From assembly GCA_038496445.1 (NCBI GenBank), contig JALMLS010000052.1, forward strand, positions 62,001 to 126,000: a stretch of DNA of 64,000 nucleotides. Reading direction: 5' to 3'. The notes under the pieces were generated by a model. That model saw only the letters and a program-made list of their open reading frames with translations. It did no database searches and had not been told where the DNA came from. Made by a program: the position numbers and the translations under genes. This document shows, in pieces, positions 24,960-45,599 of this stretch. The stretch's first letter is position 1; the number at the start of each line of letters is the position of its first letter. Origin of the DNA: Trichosphaerium sp. ATCC 40318 (lineage: Eukaryota > Protista > Tubulinea).

Positions 24960-26580
24960 ATGATTGGAATAGTTTCTATACTTCTTGGTATCATAAGCAC
25001 GTTTGTTGCCATGTACTATTTTACTAGTTCATCAAACAACAGACGTAAAATGAATAAGGGTGATGCGATACTCATTACTGGATGCGAGTACGTTGATTAC
25101 AGTTTTTGTTGACGATTTTGTGGTACAAAATACGCCAAAACACCTCTGAAGGTTATAAAACAAAGTACTAACAGCTCACGTGCGTAATATTACTTCATAA
25201 TTCGATCTCATAGAAATTAGGAAAGCGAAACTTGAATTAGTCGATATTCTGCCCTATTCGTGTTTTCTTCTCATGCGCTACTAGCTCTGGATTTGGAAAT
25301 TTGCTTGCCAAACGTCTCGATAATATTGGATACTGCGTATTTGCTCTATGCCTTAAAAAAGAGAGTATACCTTTACTAAATAAAGAAACATCATCTTTTG
25401 TTATCCCAATTCAATGTGATATCACAAAACAGGTACACCATTTATTTTTCTGGGCTAGAGGCAATGCACTCGCTTATCGTTTTCTTCAGGACGATGTTGA
25501 CTTGGCGGTATCTATTGTTACTCAAACATTAAAAGATAAAGACTGGAACTTGGTCGGATTAGTCAATAACGCAGGGATATTTTGTGGATGGAACTTGGAT
25601 TTTAATACTGTTGCTGATTATGAAAGAAATTATAAAGGTAATGTCCGATTTTTGAGTATACCTTGTTTCTATCGTTTGACAGGTTGATTCAAGTGAATGT
25701 ATTCGGTCTTATTCGTGTTACAAAGGCATTTTTACGTAAGTTTAACCGCAATGCATAGTGTACATTTGCACCTAACACCAGGACATAGCATTTCTTAAAA
25801 AAACAAAGGGAAGGTTGATAAACGTGGCTAGTATGGCAAGCTTGGGTGTGACACCAGGGGTGTCATGTTACTGTTCAACTAAAGTATGGATATGATAATG
25901 AAAACTTGCGAGTTTTTTTGTGTTGACTATTTAATAGTTTGCTGTTGATGGCTTCAGTCGCAGTTTACGTATGGAAATTAAACCATTTGGTATCAAAGTA
26001 ATACTTATACGTATGGTAGTAATAAGCTATTTGCCTTTTGAACAGCAAGGTTGTTGATTGGAAATTCTTACTTTTTTCCTAGATCCCGGAAGTTTTGCTA
26101 CAGAAATGGGTCGTGTAGCACAAGGGCAATTTGAAAAACGTAAATCATTTTGAGATTTATTTTATTACTAAACTATCTAATGTGGTTGTTTAGACTTTAA
26201 TGAACACCCTGAAATGCACGAAGAATATGGCAAGCAGTACTTGGAAGGAACAATAAAGGTAACTTCTGCAGTTAAATTTGGTGATCCAAAGGATGTCGTA
26301 GATGCGATGGTACGCCCTTCTCTTACAATCAAGTATTGATTTCATTATTAATTATAGGTAAATGCAATTACATCAGAGAATCCAAAAGCAAGGTACGTCA
26401 TGAACCTAAGACGATGGTGTACTTGACAAGTCGCTTATTTTCTCACGTGTTTTTTTTAATAGATATGTTGTTGGTTTTGATGCGATGATTATCAGGATTA
26501 TTGGTATGTTACCAGATTACTTGGGCGATAAACTTATGGAAATTCTAATTCCGTTACCTAAACCACAATGTGTTCAATAG
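24960..26580 (+). CDS. Membrane-anchored short-chain dehydrogenase/reductase (retinol/17beta-HSD/BDH-like)
   Basis: N-terminal TM; ILITGCD|SGFG, LVNNAGI, VNVFG, GRLINVASM, catalytic YCSTK, PGSFATE. Confidence 0.9.
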
Positions 26581-26782
26581 ATAGGCTCATTGAAAAGCAA
26601 ATTCAAATACACTCAATAAATATTTAATGAGTGTTGTGAAGCCACTCTGATGGATTTTATTAACTCGCTAGGTGCTCATTTACTTGAATTAAGGTGAGTA
26701 GCTGTAAGCATACTTTGCTGGGCAAGTCACTCAGTATTCCTACCAAAAAAAACTGGTTTGAGTTTTACTTTTGTTTATTTAT

Positions 26783-29700
26783 TTACATTTCCATGTCCAT
26801 GTCATCTAACATATTCATGCTATCATCATAATCGTTAACTTGTTGATTTCCTTGAATCTTTTCAATGTTAAAAACTAGGTTTCCATCCACTGCATCTATA
26901 TGTACGATAGCATTTGAGTCAAGTTTTTGTGATAAAATAAGCCTTGATAACTCCGTTGTGACGTTTCTCTCAATGAATCTTTTTAGAGGTCTCGCACCAT
27001 ACACAGGATCATATGTTTCTTCTGTGATGTACGTATAAGCATTATCTGTAAGCTTAATCCCGACATTTCGTTCAGCAAGTCGTTTTTGAAGGGCTGTGAA
27101 TTGAAGTGTGACAATTTTTCTGATATCGTCTTGTGACAATGGAGAAAAGATGACCAAGTCATCCAATCTGTTCAAAAACTCTGGTGAAAAATGAGCTTTG
27201 ACTTGACCCATGACGATTTGTTTTGTCTGTTCAGAAATAACATTGCCCTTTGCTTGTTCAAGAAGTTGATGGGCGCCAATATTTGAAGTCTAAAAAAGAA
27301 AAAAGTAAGAAAGTGATTGATTTCAACTAACAGATTCTGTTAAGATACGTACCATAATAAGCACAACATTACTAAAATCTACTGTTTTCCCTTGAGAATC
27401 AGTTAATCTGCCATCATCCATGACTTGAAGTAAGGTATTTAAGACAAGCTTATGTGCTTTTTCAATTTCATCGAAAAGAACAACAGAGTAAGGTCTTCTT
27501 CTCACTGCCTCCGTTAGTTGGCCACCTTGTTCGTATCCAACATATCCAGGAGGTGCACCAATAAGTCTGGCAACGGCATGTTGTTCCATGTACTCTAAGG
27601 AAACAAGTTAACAAAAAATAACGAACGCTAAGGGTGTGCGTTATAATTACGAACCTGACATATCAAGTCTTACGATTAAGTTTTCGTCATCAAACAGCTC
27701 AGCTGCAAGTGCTTTTGCAAGTTCAGTTTTACCGACACCTGTAGGTCCAAGGAATAGGAATGATGCTGTAGGCTTTCCAGGTCGTGAAAGGCCAGCTCTT
27801 GATCTCAAAACTGCCTATTTTGCAAAAAGTTAGAACAAGGACACAAAAAAAATCTATTAAAAGTCGTACCTCTGCAACTGCCTTTACTGCTTCGTTTTGA
27901 CCGATAAGACGTTCATGAAGGTGCTTACCAAGGTCTAGAATCTTTTCCCTTTCAGTTTGGCCGAGTTTAGAAACAGGAATGCCAGTCCATCGAGAAACAA
28001 CTTCAGCGATATGCTCGGCTGTCACGTTTTCAGTCAACAAAAAGTCTTCCTTTCTCTGCTCGATATCTTTTGCCATCGACTCGATAGCTTTTTTTGTTTC
28101 AGGTATAGCACCATATTCAATATCAGCTACCCTACTCATATCGCCTTGTCTCTTCGCTATAGCCAATTTTCGTTTAAGTGCGTCCAACTTTAAGCGCATG
28201 TTTGAGATGTTATCGAATACGCCCTTCTCGTGGTCATATCGCAGTTTTAGGGGTTGTAGTTTTTCGTTAACGTTTGCTAGTTCCTTCTTGGCTTCCGTAA
28301 GCCTTGTTTTAGACCCTTCATCCTTTTCTTTTTCTAGATGTTTGATTTGAACTTGAAGGTGCATTGATCGCCTCTCAAGAATATCAAGTTCTTCGGGTTG
28401 AGAATCAAGTTGTACTCTTGCTTTTGCGCATGCCTCGTCCATTAAATCAATGGCTTTATCTGGAAGGAATCTTTGGGTAACCTACAGAAATAACATTAGT
28501 ACAAGCCAAGCACGACCAAACAACCGGAAAACTATCAAGAATTATTTTTCAAACTCAAAATGTTTTTGTACAGTTTTTACGTACATATCGATCAGATAGA
28601 CTAGCACATGCTACCAATGCGGCATCTTGTATACTGACACCATGGTGTGTTTCGTATTTTTCTTTGATACCTCTAAGAATAGAGACAGTATCTTCAACAG
28701 AAGGTTCATTTACAAGGACTTGCTGAAATCTCCTTTCGAAAGCAGCATCCTTTTCCATGTACTGTCGGTACTCATCAAGTGTAGTTGCGCCAATACAGCG
28801 TAAATCACCGCGAGCAAGCATAGGTTTAAGCAAGTTGGCAGCGTCCATAGCACCATCTGTTTTACCAGCGCCAAGAACCAAGTGAATTTCATCAATGAAA
28901 AGAATGATTTTTCCTTTTGATTCAGATACTTCTTGTAGCACTGATTTTAGCCTTTCTTCAAATTCTCCTCTATATTTTGCTCCTGCGACAAGTGCACCCA
29001 TATCAAGTGATATAACACGACAGTTCAAGTTATGAGGTACATCTCCAGAAACAATTCTTTGAGCGATACCTTCAACTATTGCACTAAATTTGCCGTTAGC
29101 TCAAACGAATGAGAATTAACCTAAGAAAAGGTTGAGTTACGTTTTACCGACACCAGGGTCTCCAATTAGTACTGGGTTATTCTTTCTTCTTCGACTCAGA
29201 ACTTGAATAACACGACGTACTTCATCATCTCTTCCGATAACAGGATCCAAGTCTGATGCTTCTGCTTGTGCTACTAGATCTCTTCCATACTTTTCAAGAC
29301 ATTCATATGTGGCTTCAGCACGTTGTGTTGTTACTTTTTTCTTCCCTCTGACTTGTTTTACGGCTTCGAGAAGACGAGACTACAAAGTTTTTTTTAGAAA
29401 TTTCGTTTTTTTTCATTCTTAGCATACTACGTACCTCGTTTAGGCCTCCTTGTTGGAAACAAGCATGTACCGTTTTATCTTTAGGTAATACACGCATCAA
29501 GTGATCAAGAGAAACAAAGTGGTCTCCATTTTCGGCCTGTTTTTTTCTTGCCGCTTGAAATATTTTTGACAGATCAATAGATGGCGCTGGATGTTGTGGA
29601 GGAGGGTTTTGACGCGGAATTCTTAATATTTGTTGCTCTAAGGCTTGTTCTAAAGGCGTATTAGGCGATTAATAAAATAAACACTAATTACGTACGTATT

Positions 29701-29882
29701 TTCTTTGCGTTGGCGCCAGCTTTATCACAAATGCGCTTAGCTAAACCGTTTTCGTCATTAAACAGAGCTAGAGCAAGATGTATTGGTGTAATAACGGGAT
29801 TGCCATTTCCTATCGCTAATGTCCTTGCTTTAACTATTATTTTTTGAGTGTATTCTGTAAGTTCTTCTGGTTGTAGTGACAT
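26783..29882 (-). CDS. HSP104: Cytosolic ClpB/Hsp104/Hsp101 AAA+ disaggregase
   Basis: [33 protein letters not shown], coiled-coil M domain, [26 protein letters not shown]. Confidence 0.95.
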
Positions 29883-30615
29883 GTTGTTTTAGTTGTTTGT
29901 TTTAAATTTTTGGTGTCAGAAAGGTTCATGATGTGATCAAAATTCCGTTGAATTTTCGCTGAAATTCCATAGAGATTTGATGCAATTTTTGTCGACTTTC
30001 TTCCAAGTGCTACGACTAAATTTTGGTAGCCTTTACCGACATATACTTTATCGCCAGCGAAATATACTCTATCGAGGCTCAACGCCTCGAACTCATCACT
30101 CGCTGCTGACAAAACGCTAACATAAAATTGGCATCTTTTGCGATTTAGGAAACAGATTGTTTCATCGATTATTTGTTACAATGATTAGTATCAATAGACG
30201 TGTGAGAAGGCTACAACTTCTCCGTAAAACGGTCATCACTGGCCACCAATGCTATTCAAGTGTATTGTTTTTCAAAAGTGATATGTGCTTTTGGCGAACA
30301 TTTCGGTGTACCGTTTATCGACATGTACGGTAGAAGTCGCTTCTGAAATCACGGTTAGTGAACAGGAACAACCGGTAACCGTTTAGTGCACAACCGGTCT
30401 GTCGCTGAAATAAAAACCGCCGGACGGTTTAGTTAGTTGAATTATAGTGTCTACTGCTTTATGAGCTACCGTCTTTTGTTGTAAATTGATAACAATGACC
30501 GGAGAATTCAGCGGATTTCGCACGTTTTTTTTGTCCGGAAAATTATTACTTAATTCTGTTCATTGTAATCTTTGCTAAGTGTAGTGCACAACCAATAATA
30601 AACCGCCACTACAGG

Positions 30616-37255
<6,640 letters not shown>

Positions 37256-38133
37256 CTGCAATTTTTGTTTCTGTCAACTACCTTTTGTAATTACGAGTGT
37301 TGGTTTATAAATAAAAAATAATACGCTCTATTTGTAGTTCCTTTGTAATGCCCATAGTCAAAGTGTTGAGAAAACCAGTATTGACTGTTTTGTACTATGT
37401 TTCAATGTCTATGAACGTGAAGTACACAAATACTTGACCACTAGTGCTGCTGATGTTAATATGCACAAAAAAGCAAGAAAAAATACATTAGTTTTTTTTT
37501 TTTGAATTGATGTGCAATCGATTGGTCGTATGTATTAGAAAGGTTCAATCTATTGACACTGAAATAAAATCCACTACTTTAAGTATACTATAATTGCGTA
37601 AAGTTGTAACATGGTGGTGAGATATCAGTTAATAAACCGAAATAGTTTTTGAATGAAAAAATCTATCATAAGTGTGAGTAATTTATGACAGAGATAACCG
37701 TAAAAATGGTAAGTAATTGTTATTATTTATTGAACTATGCAAAGTCAGTGTAGTGTTAACGCTATTTTTTTGTGTAGCTATTTGGGCTCGAAACACTGCT
37801 GTTACTATATCTAATTGCAGATTTAATGAGTGCTATGATTATAGTATACATCTAATCGAAGGCAATATGGTACACTAGTTTTTGACATTAAAAACTGATA
37901 CTATCTCTTGTTCTGTTGTCAGCAACAAAAAATACTGTGCTACTATAGTGCTAATTCAAGAGGAGATGCACCGTCACCTGGTTCTATCATTTTGTTTTCA
38001 AAATGGAAAAAGTATTAGGCGAAAAATCGTTACAGTGGTTGAATGGCAAATAAACTATTTATAAGCACCAAACACTCTACAGATAAAACACTTTATTTAC
38101 ATACTGACAAGGGCGGTATCTTTTTTTTTTGGT

Positions 38134-41100
38134 TTACTTGGAACCACAAAACTGAGCCTTCCAGTCTAACCAATCGTTGACTTGTATGAATTTTTTTTCA
38201 AAAAGAACTTTGATCTTCTTTTTCTTAAAGAATAATCCAGATATAGCTTCAGTTGATTGTTGATTACCAATATCATTACCACATTTACAATATAATTTAC
38301 CTATTTTAGATGCAACTCTTTCTTCAAGATGCTCAACAACCATATTTTTTTTTTCCAAAAAATCAAAAGTTTTTTGAATCATAACCAAATGCTTCCCTTG
38401 TTGTCCGGGGTACTGCAAAGGTATAAAATCATTTGATGTACCTAATATAATACTACACTTTTTACAGCATAAAAGAATATCAGACTGCTTTGTATCTTGT
38501 TTAAGTATAGTAGAAGTAGAAACTGAACTTTTTTTTTGTTGCTGTTGTTTTTTTTTTTGAAGATTAGGATCTTGCCAAGACTTGTTAAGTACGCCCATTT
38601 TTTTAAGCGCATCTGCGCATGCAAGAAGTTCTGCTGTTTTTTTTGTTTTATGAGAAGCTCTACCATGAGTAAATTGTGTTTTTGTATAGAAAGTAGGAGG
38701 TATTGGTGCCTAATAGAACATAAATAAACAAAGCAAATTCAAAAAGTAGAAAAATTGTTTCTTTTGTTTTTATGTTGTTTCGCCTTCCTTGTTTTTTGAC
38801 GAGTTACAAATAGAGGAAGGCTAAAGCATACAAATTGCCATCTTTTTAGAGGTTGTAAAACTTATCACAACAAGGCAACAAACAGCAATGTGTCAAACAA
38901 AAAGTACTCAAAAAAATTTCTGTTTTACCTTGACTATAAATTCTCTGTTTGTCTTATCTTGTTCGTATGTATATACTAATTTCCCTCTGGCTCTTTGCCA
39001 GTAGCTGTGTAGCATGACTTTTGGGTTTTGGTCGACTTTACGTAATTTAGATAATACTGGTAATGTCTGCAAAAAGAAATACATAAAAAATGAGATAATT
39101 CGGGGGTTGTGTGTTCATACCTTGTTTGCTTCGCTAGCTATAATATTAATGAGATCATCAATATGATCTTTTGGTATTGAGCGCCCATTCTAGATGTTCT
39201 TTCATGAGTTTCAATGTCACCTTAGACAAAAAATTTCGTACCTTTCTCAAACATTCACTTATTACGCTAAGGTAAAAAAACACGTGAGAAACAGAAACTA
39301 AGAATTCGGTCTTGTATTTACCTTGGCTTTGCTGTCTTATCAGTACTCTGTAGTATGGCTTTCCCAACTTTCTCTCCAATACCAATTGCATTGTATTTAC
39401 TCATAACAATACTACAAAGACGTAACTAACCAACAAAATGGTGTAGAAAATAAAAATAACACAAACCTTGGGTTCACATCCTCTTTGCGCCCTACAGCAT
39501 CTCGCCATTGGTACACTGCAAGAGCGACTGATTTCTACTATCATCAGAATTGAATATATAACGAATAAAATACCTGTAGTTCGTTTAAAGGAGCTCCCTT
39601 AGCTTTTCTCCAATCGCGAAGATGTTTTCCTAAAAAAGTGTCAGTACAAACGAACACAAAGAGCGTTCAACGTACGTAAAGCGTCTTTAATGCTTCTGTT
39701 ATGATTCTCCCACATTTTGAGCGTCATATCTTGACAATTCTCCCAAGCCACGTGTAACAACGTTTTACCCTTACCTACAGAAGTAGCCAAAAATTAAAAA
39801 TCTACGAGAGCAGTTTGGATTCAGTACGTACTCGTCAATGCTTTGTTTGGTTCCTCTAGGCTATCAAGAAGACGTGCTATACGTCTAAAGATATATACAA
39901 GATAATGTGAGTCCAATCTAGCGTAGTGAGTCATCACAGCACTCCATGATTTGATAGGCTGTCTCCAATCGCTTCTTGCTAGTTCTTTCGTTTTAGGTTC
40001 GTTACAAAAGTAGTCTAACAGCCCGCCAAGGCTTACTCTAACAAAGAATATAAGAAGAAAGAACAATCTAAAGCACAGATATCTCTTGACGATATTACAA
40101 GACACTCGTACTTGTCTGGACCTTCATTGTTTTCTCCTGCATGCTCTAATAAAACAAGATTAAAAATTAAAGGAAGAGAAAAAAATATGCGTGATCGATT
40201 ACCTTTGTACAGTTCAATGCCAACTTGTGTATCGAATACATTAACAACATATAAACCAAAGTCACGTTGTAACCAAATAAGATCTTGATCGGCTCTAAAG
40301 AAATAAAATAAACAACTGATACATTCTAAAAAGTGATTTTTTTTTCTACTGTTTCCAAGGATGTGTGGTCGTTTGTTCGTACCCGTGAAGTATCTTCAGG
40401 ATCTTAGTATTATTAAATGGCTCATTTAGGATATGAATATGATCACGAAGAGCTAAACCATCAACAAGAAAATCGTGGGAACGCGGATCATTACTAGAGT
40501 TTTGAACTGAGATTTGAATGATACATGTCATGCCGTAATACGAATAATCCATGTGTTGCTATAGCGCACGTTAAACAACACATAAACAAGTACATCATAG
40601 CATAGTACAACAACCCCAGTCGTACACTACAAAGAAGAAAAAAAAAAGCGAAAAAAAACCGTTTGTTGGTGACGTGTTTTATTTACCTCTGTATCTACAC
40701 CGAAGCATTTGACTTTATTCAAAACGTTTACTAAACTAGCCAATTGTTGTTCTGTTTCAACTATCGTTAGATTTTCTTCCTTCATCTTAGTAGCGGGCTA
40801 AAGGCAAGGCGTTAGAATGGAGTTGAGTTATTGTTAAATCAGTTGTAGTATTTGACGCCTGTCATTCTACAAACAGCGCTAACGCGCTAGCAGTGACTGT
40901 GGATAAAAGCTCAGCCCAGAAACAATTACTCATAAAAAAACCGAAAAGATCTCTAAGAGGAGTATATCGCCTGCGATCAGGTTCTTTTTACGTACTGGTG
41001 TTGGTATATCATCCTTCCAAGTGTATTGAGAAGGCTGTTTACAAAGCAGTTAACAATCTGTTATGTTTAAATGTGTCACTCACGTCAATGGTGCTTATCA

Positions 41101-41459
41101 AGTCATTAATTTCGTGTTTGAAAGGGTGTTCGTATGGCGGATTAGAGTATGACGCTAAAATAGACAAAATAAATATCAAAGCCATTGGAAGTACTCCCGC
41201 ACGTAATGGATAAGCACTGTGGTACTTTTTTAACAGTTTAGGCTTTATTGGACCAGCGTTGTTATTAACACCTCTTTTCGCGTTGGCCACGCGTCTGAAA
41301 CAACGACATAAGACAAGGAGTCGACATTGCCGATGTCTATTTTCAAAAAGCGACGTACGGTGTTAGATGTGATCGGAATACGCTTTTCACAGCCATGGAG
41401 ATACGTTTGTGACGGAATGAGGATGAAAGGTCAACTGGGGTCGCGGAATGGCATTCCAT
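38134..41459 (-). CDS. RRP6: RRP6-like DEDDy 3'-5' exonuclease + HRDC + dsRBD + RIG-I-like C-terminal Zn domain
   Basis: Spliced HPFKHEI, GVDTE|QH, DQDLIWLQRDFGLYVVNVFDT, SDWR, YARLDSHYL, HRDC WRDAVGRKED. Then NPKVMLHSYWQ..KTKKTAELLACADAL (dsRBD) and LLCCKKC..KLYCKCGNDIG..WLDW. Probably a paralog rather than the core exosome subunit; start tentative. Confidence 0.85.
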
Positions 41460-41598
41460 GAACTAAACGTGCCCTGAACGACAGTCGCGACGAGTCCTTT
41501 TTTTTGAGAGACTTTCTAAACCCTTGCTAAAACTGGCGTTACGTTAAGAGTAGTGTTATGTACACGTGACAAGTTAATTTTTCTAATTTTCACTTTAT

Positions 41599-42588
41599 TT
41601 AAATGGGTGTGTAACAAACAGTACACCAGCATCTCGATACAAAAGTATTGTGCATCAGTATACAACCAATTGGAGTCACTGCTCCAAGACCAATCAACGC
41701 ATTTTTACAACCATTATCCTTACATCCTGGAGCATTAATGCCGCATGTTTGAGTTAGAGTGATGTCGCTCTGTGGTACACAAGCACAAACACGTTCTGTA
41801 CCACCAGCTAAGAAATCACGTGAGTTGAGAAGAGCTTGATACTTGGAAAAGACGTACCAGGGAGGTATCTGTGGTACAATTTACATTCTGTTCCTTCCGT
41901 CTGCGATTGGCAGCCATTATCTTGGCATCTTCCTAAGAATGGATTCCATCTACAGCATCCCGTTGACTAGACAACACGTGTGAGTAAAAAACGAGGTCGA
42001 AAGGCCGATAGCTTACTACTGGAGGCTCAGTTGGTACTGGTGGTTTAGTAGTAGGTGCTCTTGTAGTTGGCGCTGGTGGATCGCAACAGCAGCAAGCACA
42101 CTCTGCAGATGCCTTATGGAATGCGTCGTTAGGACAACAACGAAGCTCGAAAACGTCTGTCGTCTTTTTACATTCATTTACAGTCATAAGAGGTTTACCC
42201 AAAGCATTACACTTTCTAAATAGTACGAAACAAGTTAGTAAAACTTCAATACGAAGGAAGCTCTCCGACTAAAAAGACCGAATCACGTGGGAATAATTTA
42301 ATTTTGGTTTCTAAAGTTTTTCGGGTTCAAAGTAAAGAGATGGCTCTTGAAAAGGATAAATATATTACATGTTACGTACGCTTGACATGCTTGTTTTGCT
42401 GATAGTAATGCGTCATCACAAGCTTCTGTTTTATTACAAGACGATTCAATAACAACGCCTGAGTTTACAGGAACGCAAGGCTGACAGAATACCTAGTTGA
42501 AGTTAGACCCGAGAGATACTCAAGTAATACGTACCGATGCTAAGAGACATGCGGCAGCAAGACAAACAAGTAGAGAAGAGACCCTCAT
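41599..42588 (-). CDS. Secreted cysteine-rich protein with central PT linker
   Basis: Signal peptide MRVSSLLVCLAAACLLA; many Cys (CACCCC); two similar C-terminal units (RCQDNGC..CAC, GCKDNGC..CWC). Confidence 0.7.
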
Positions 42589-43311
42589 GACGTTTAGTTT
42601 GGGCGTTTGAGGCTAATGGTACGTTCACATCGATTCGCTAAACGGCCATGTTCATATGAATTTAGTACGTTATCAGAACGTGTTAAAAAAAGGGCAGTTT
42701 CTGTGAGCGTGTTGACGTGTAAAAACTTGGTACACGGCTTCTCGGTATTTTAATCGAAATGCGAGTTTGTACTTATTTCGAAGACAATTGCGAGTTTTTA
42801 TGTACTTTTTTTTCAGTTATGGTATTTGCACGTTCTCAGGCGTGTTAACAGGTAACACTCTATAACTTTCATAAATAATTTCAGGGGATTATTACCGTTT
42901 AATCCTTGAGCGAGTCGCTTTAACAAAAACCTGTGCACCTTATTCTTTCTTACTAGAATCAACAAGTACTTCCACTTGCCAGAACCTTATCCAGTACACG
43001 TACCTAAGAAATAACACTTTATCCGCTTTGTTAGCAGTGATTCGGGCTATTACGTCCAACTTATAGCCTTTAATGTTGGTTTCTTCTCAATTTATTCCTG
43101 CATTTATCGATTCTCAGTTTTCTAACCAGTATAATTCGATTGCAATCAAAGTAATGTACTCTATATACCCAAGGTACTTACACGCGTGCCCCTTTAAGAA
43201 TTTTCGTTTATTGCATGTCCAGAATATGTTTCCCAAATTGGCAAGTATACTGCTCAAGACATCGTATTGTACCAATTTAATTTTACGCTCGTAGTTATTA
43301 CAGAGGTCGCA

Positions 43312-45599
43312 ATGAATTACGTAGTTGTGATACTGGTATTCACGTGTGCATCCGTGGCATACTCTCAGGGTTGTGTAACTGTTAACAACACATCTAATTT
43401 ATGTGGCTTTCCAAACAATTATACGTTCTTTACTACTCTCAATTTTACGGTGGAGGTTCTCGATGGACTATATGAAGCTCAAAGAGGAGGAATATCAGAT
43501 GTATCACAATTTGTGTCCACAGAGTACGCAGCAAGCTAACTGCTGTCATAAAACCGCGTTTGACGCAATTATACTAGGTGTGGCGCTGCTTTTAAAGAAC
43601 TTGTATGCAAATCGGTATACCGACAATGTGCTGGTACGTTAGACAATGGTTTCTCAAACGCTCGCTACTTCACCCAATAAGGCGGCACTATCCTTTTTTG
43701 GAAGTAATTTGCTTAAAGGTTTCTTGCCTGTGCCCATATGTACGGATGTATGTGAGTCAGTAAGATCATGTCTTGGTGCTGTAGGTGTAGAAGAAGCGCT
43801 ACTTCCAAATTGTTCAGCTCTCTTGTGTACGTTCTTAGCGACAAAAAAAAAAAAATTTGAGTGGCGCCTTACTTCACTTTAAGTTGGTCTACCTGAGTTC
43901 GCTCCACGCCCAGCATGTAACCAAGTAGAGGCACAACAAATACCTTCGGATTGCATTTATCCGGCAGTATACAATGTAGATCATGAAGATGGGTTCCTAG
44001 GCTTGTGTGATACTGGATGTCCAAAGAATTTCATTAAAGATACGCCACGAAAAATAGAAATAATAGTGCGGCATTTTTACCTTTAGCTCATGTGTGTTGT
44101 ACTAACATTTATTACAATTTCCAGCTTATGTATGTCTTCACGCCTATCTCCATTTTACTTGGTATCATGGGCCTGTTCGTATCTATTAGAGTATCTATGA
44201 AGCGTGGATTTCCGTTGGTGTTGCATACTCTAGTCATAGCGTACAACTCTCCTTCAGATGTCTACCATTGCTAAAAATGCACACTAGGTACTCACTCATT
44301 GGTGTTCTGGGATATATACCTAGTTTTATTGTTGGGCCAGAGAAGTTAAAGTGCTTGAACGAAGCTACAGAGTACAGACCAACTGATAACTACCTGTGTC
44401 TTATACAAGGTATGCTACAATTTGCCGTACTTACTTACAATATTAAAATAGGGCTCTTCATTACGCACTTTACTCTGCTCACTGATTGCGCGTTTGTAGC
44501 ATGGGTAGTAGGCATGATATGCATGTTCCTTACTCAAAAGCAGCCCAACAACTACTTCAAGTAATTTTATTTGTACAGTTTTCAGCACGTCTAACTTTAC
44601 TGCTAGAATAGCGTTATACGTTATACCATGGATTTTCATGACAGCATGGGATATAGGATATCTTGCAAAGGACAACTTTGGTGCAAACGTGGCAGTATCA
44701 ACACATTGTGCAAGTGAGTGAAACGGTTGTTTCCTTGAAACACAAAAGTATTTAATCTGTTGCTAGTGCGCCTCAATTCAAGATCTCTTACCATAACACA
44801 TATTGTTCTTACCTCTATAATAACAGTTTCATGTGTCGTTGGGTGTATTGCCTTCGCATTTCTAGTGTATAGAGTATGGATAAACCGAGAACCTGCGCTG
44901 AAAAAAGGTTGTGCTAACTTAGTATTTCTAGGAATTTGCAAAACTAAAGAGTTTGAGTGGTAACAAAAGACAACGTCGGGCGCAGAAAAAATTTGCTAGA
45001 AGCCAATCAGTTTTGATAGTATTTATTGTAGTCTTTATTTACTTTCTTGTTGTACCTGTATCATTGATGATACAGACTTTGGGTTCAAGCGAAGAAGCAC
45101 AAGGGATAGACTTCGTTTCATGGATGGCTTGTGAAAGAACAACTCCAGGACAGTGCAGTACGCGTTTCTTTATCACGTGTGGCATCATGCACCTAATAAA
45201 ATTTGTATAGAACTAGGAGCAGTCAGCGCAGATTGGGTTCAATCTTGAACAGCTTTAATATTAACGCTAGACCTACAATTATAATACTAGCTTCATTAAG
45301 TACGTCTTTCAAAACGTTTCTTGATTTTTTATGAAGTACAACATCTCCACTGACAGCCAGTTTAATGATAGCTGTTAAACCTTTCTATGATGAATTACTT
45401 GCATTGTTTGGTATTGTTGTATCTTCAATTGCTACCACACGTAAGTCATCGCCTCATATTGTCTTCTTCTTTGTTAACAATCTTCGTAGTATCCATTTCT
45501 ACGCGTTCAGCAACGACTACAGAAGGATCAAATACTCTATCTTCTGATCCAAAGGAGGGTGACGAAAGCGAAGAAGAGCTAGACGACGTAGGCGAATAA
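43312..45599 (+). CDS. Frizzled/Smoothened-like GPCR (Cys-rich ectodomain + 7TM)
   Basis: Signal peptide; CRD-type spacing (WRCCFKELVC, PICTDVCESVRSC); multiple TMs; ECL Cys motifs (KLKC..YLCLIQG, WMACE..QC); acidic tail. Confidence 0.75.

Noticed and set aside
29940-29970. Heat-shock element upstream of HSP104
   Set aside because: Only one GAAnnTTC pair; adjacent units are out of phase.
40799-40995. Long RRP6 intron (also SDR intron ~25088-25284) as a C/D snoRNA host
   Set aside because: No canonical RTGATGA box with a suitably spaced CTGA and terminal stem; no recognisable rRNA complement.
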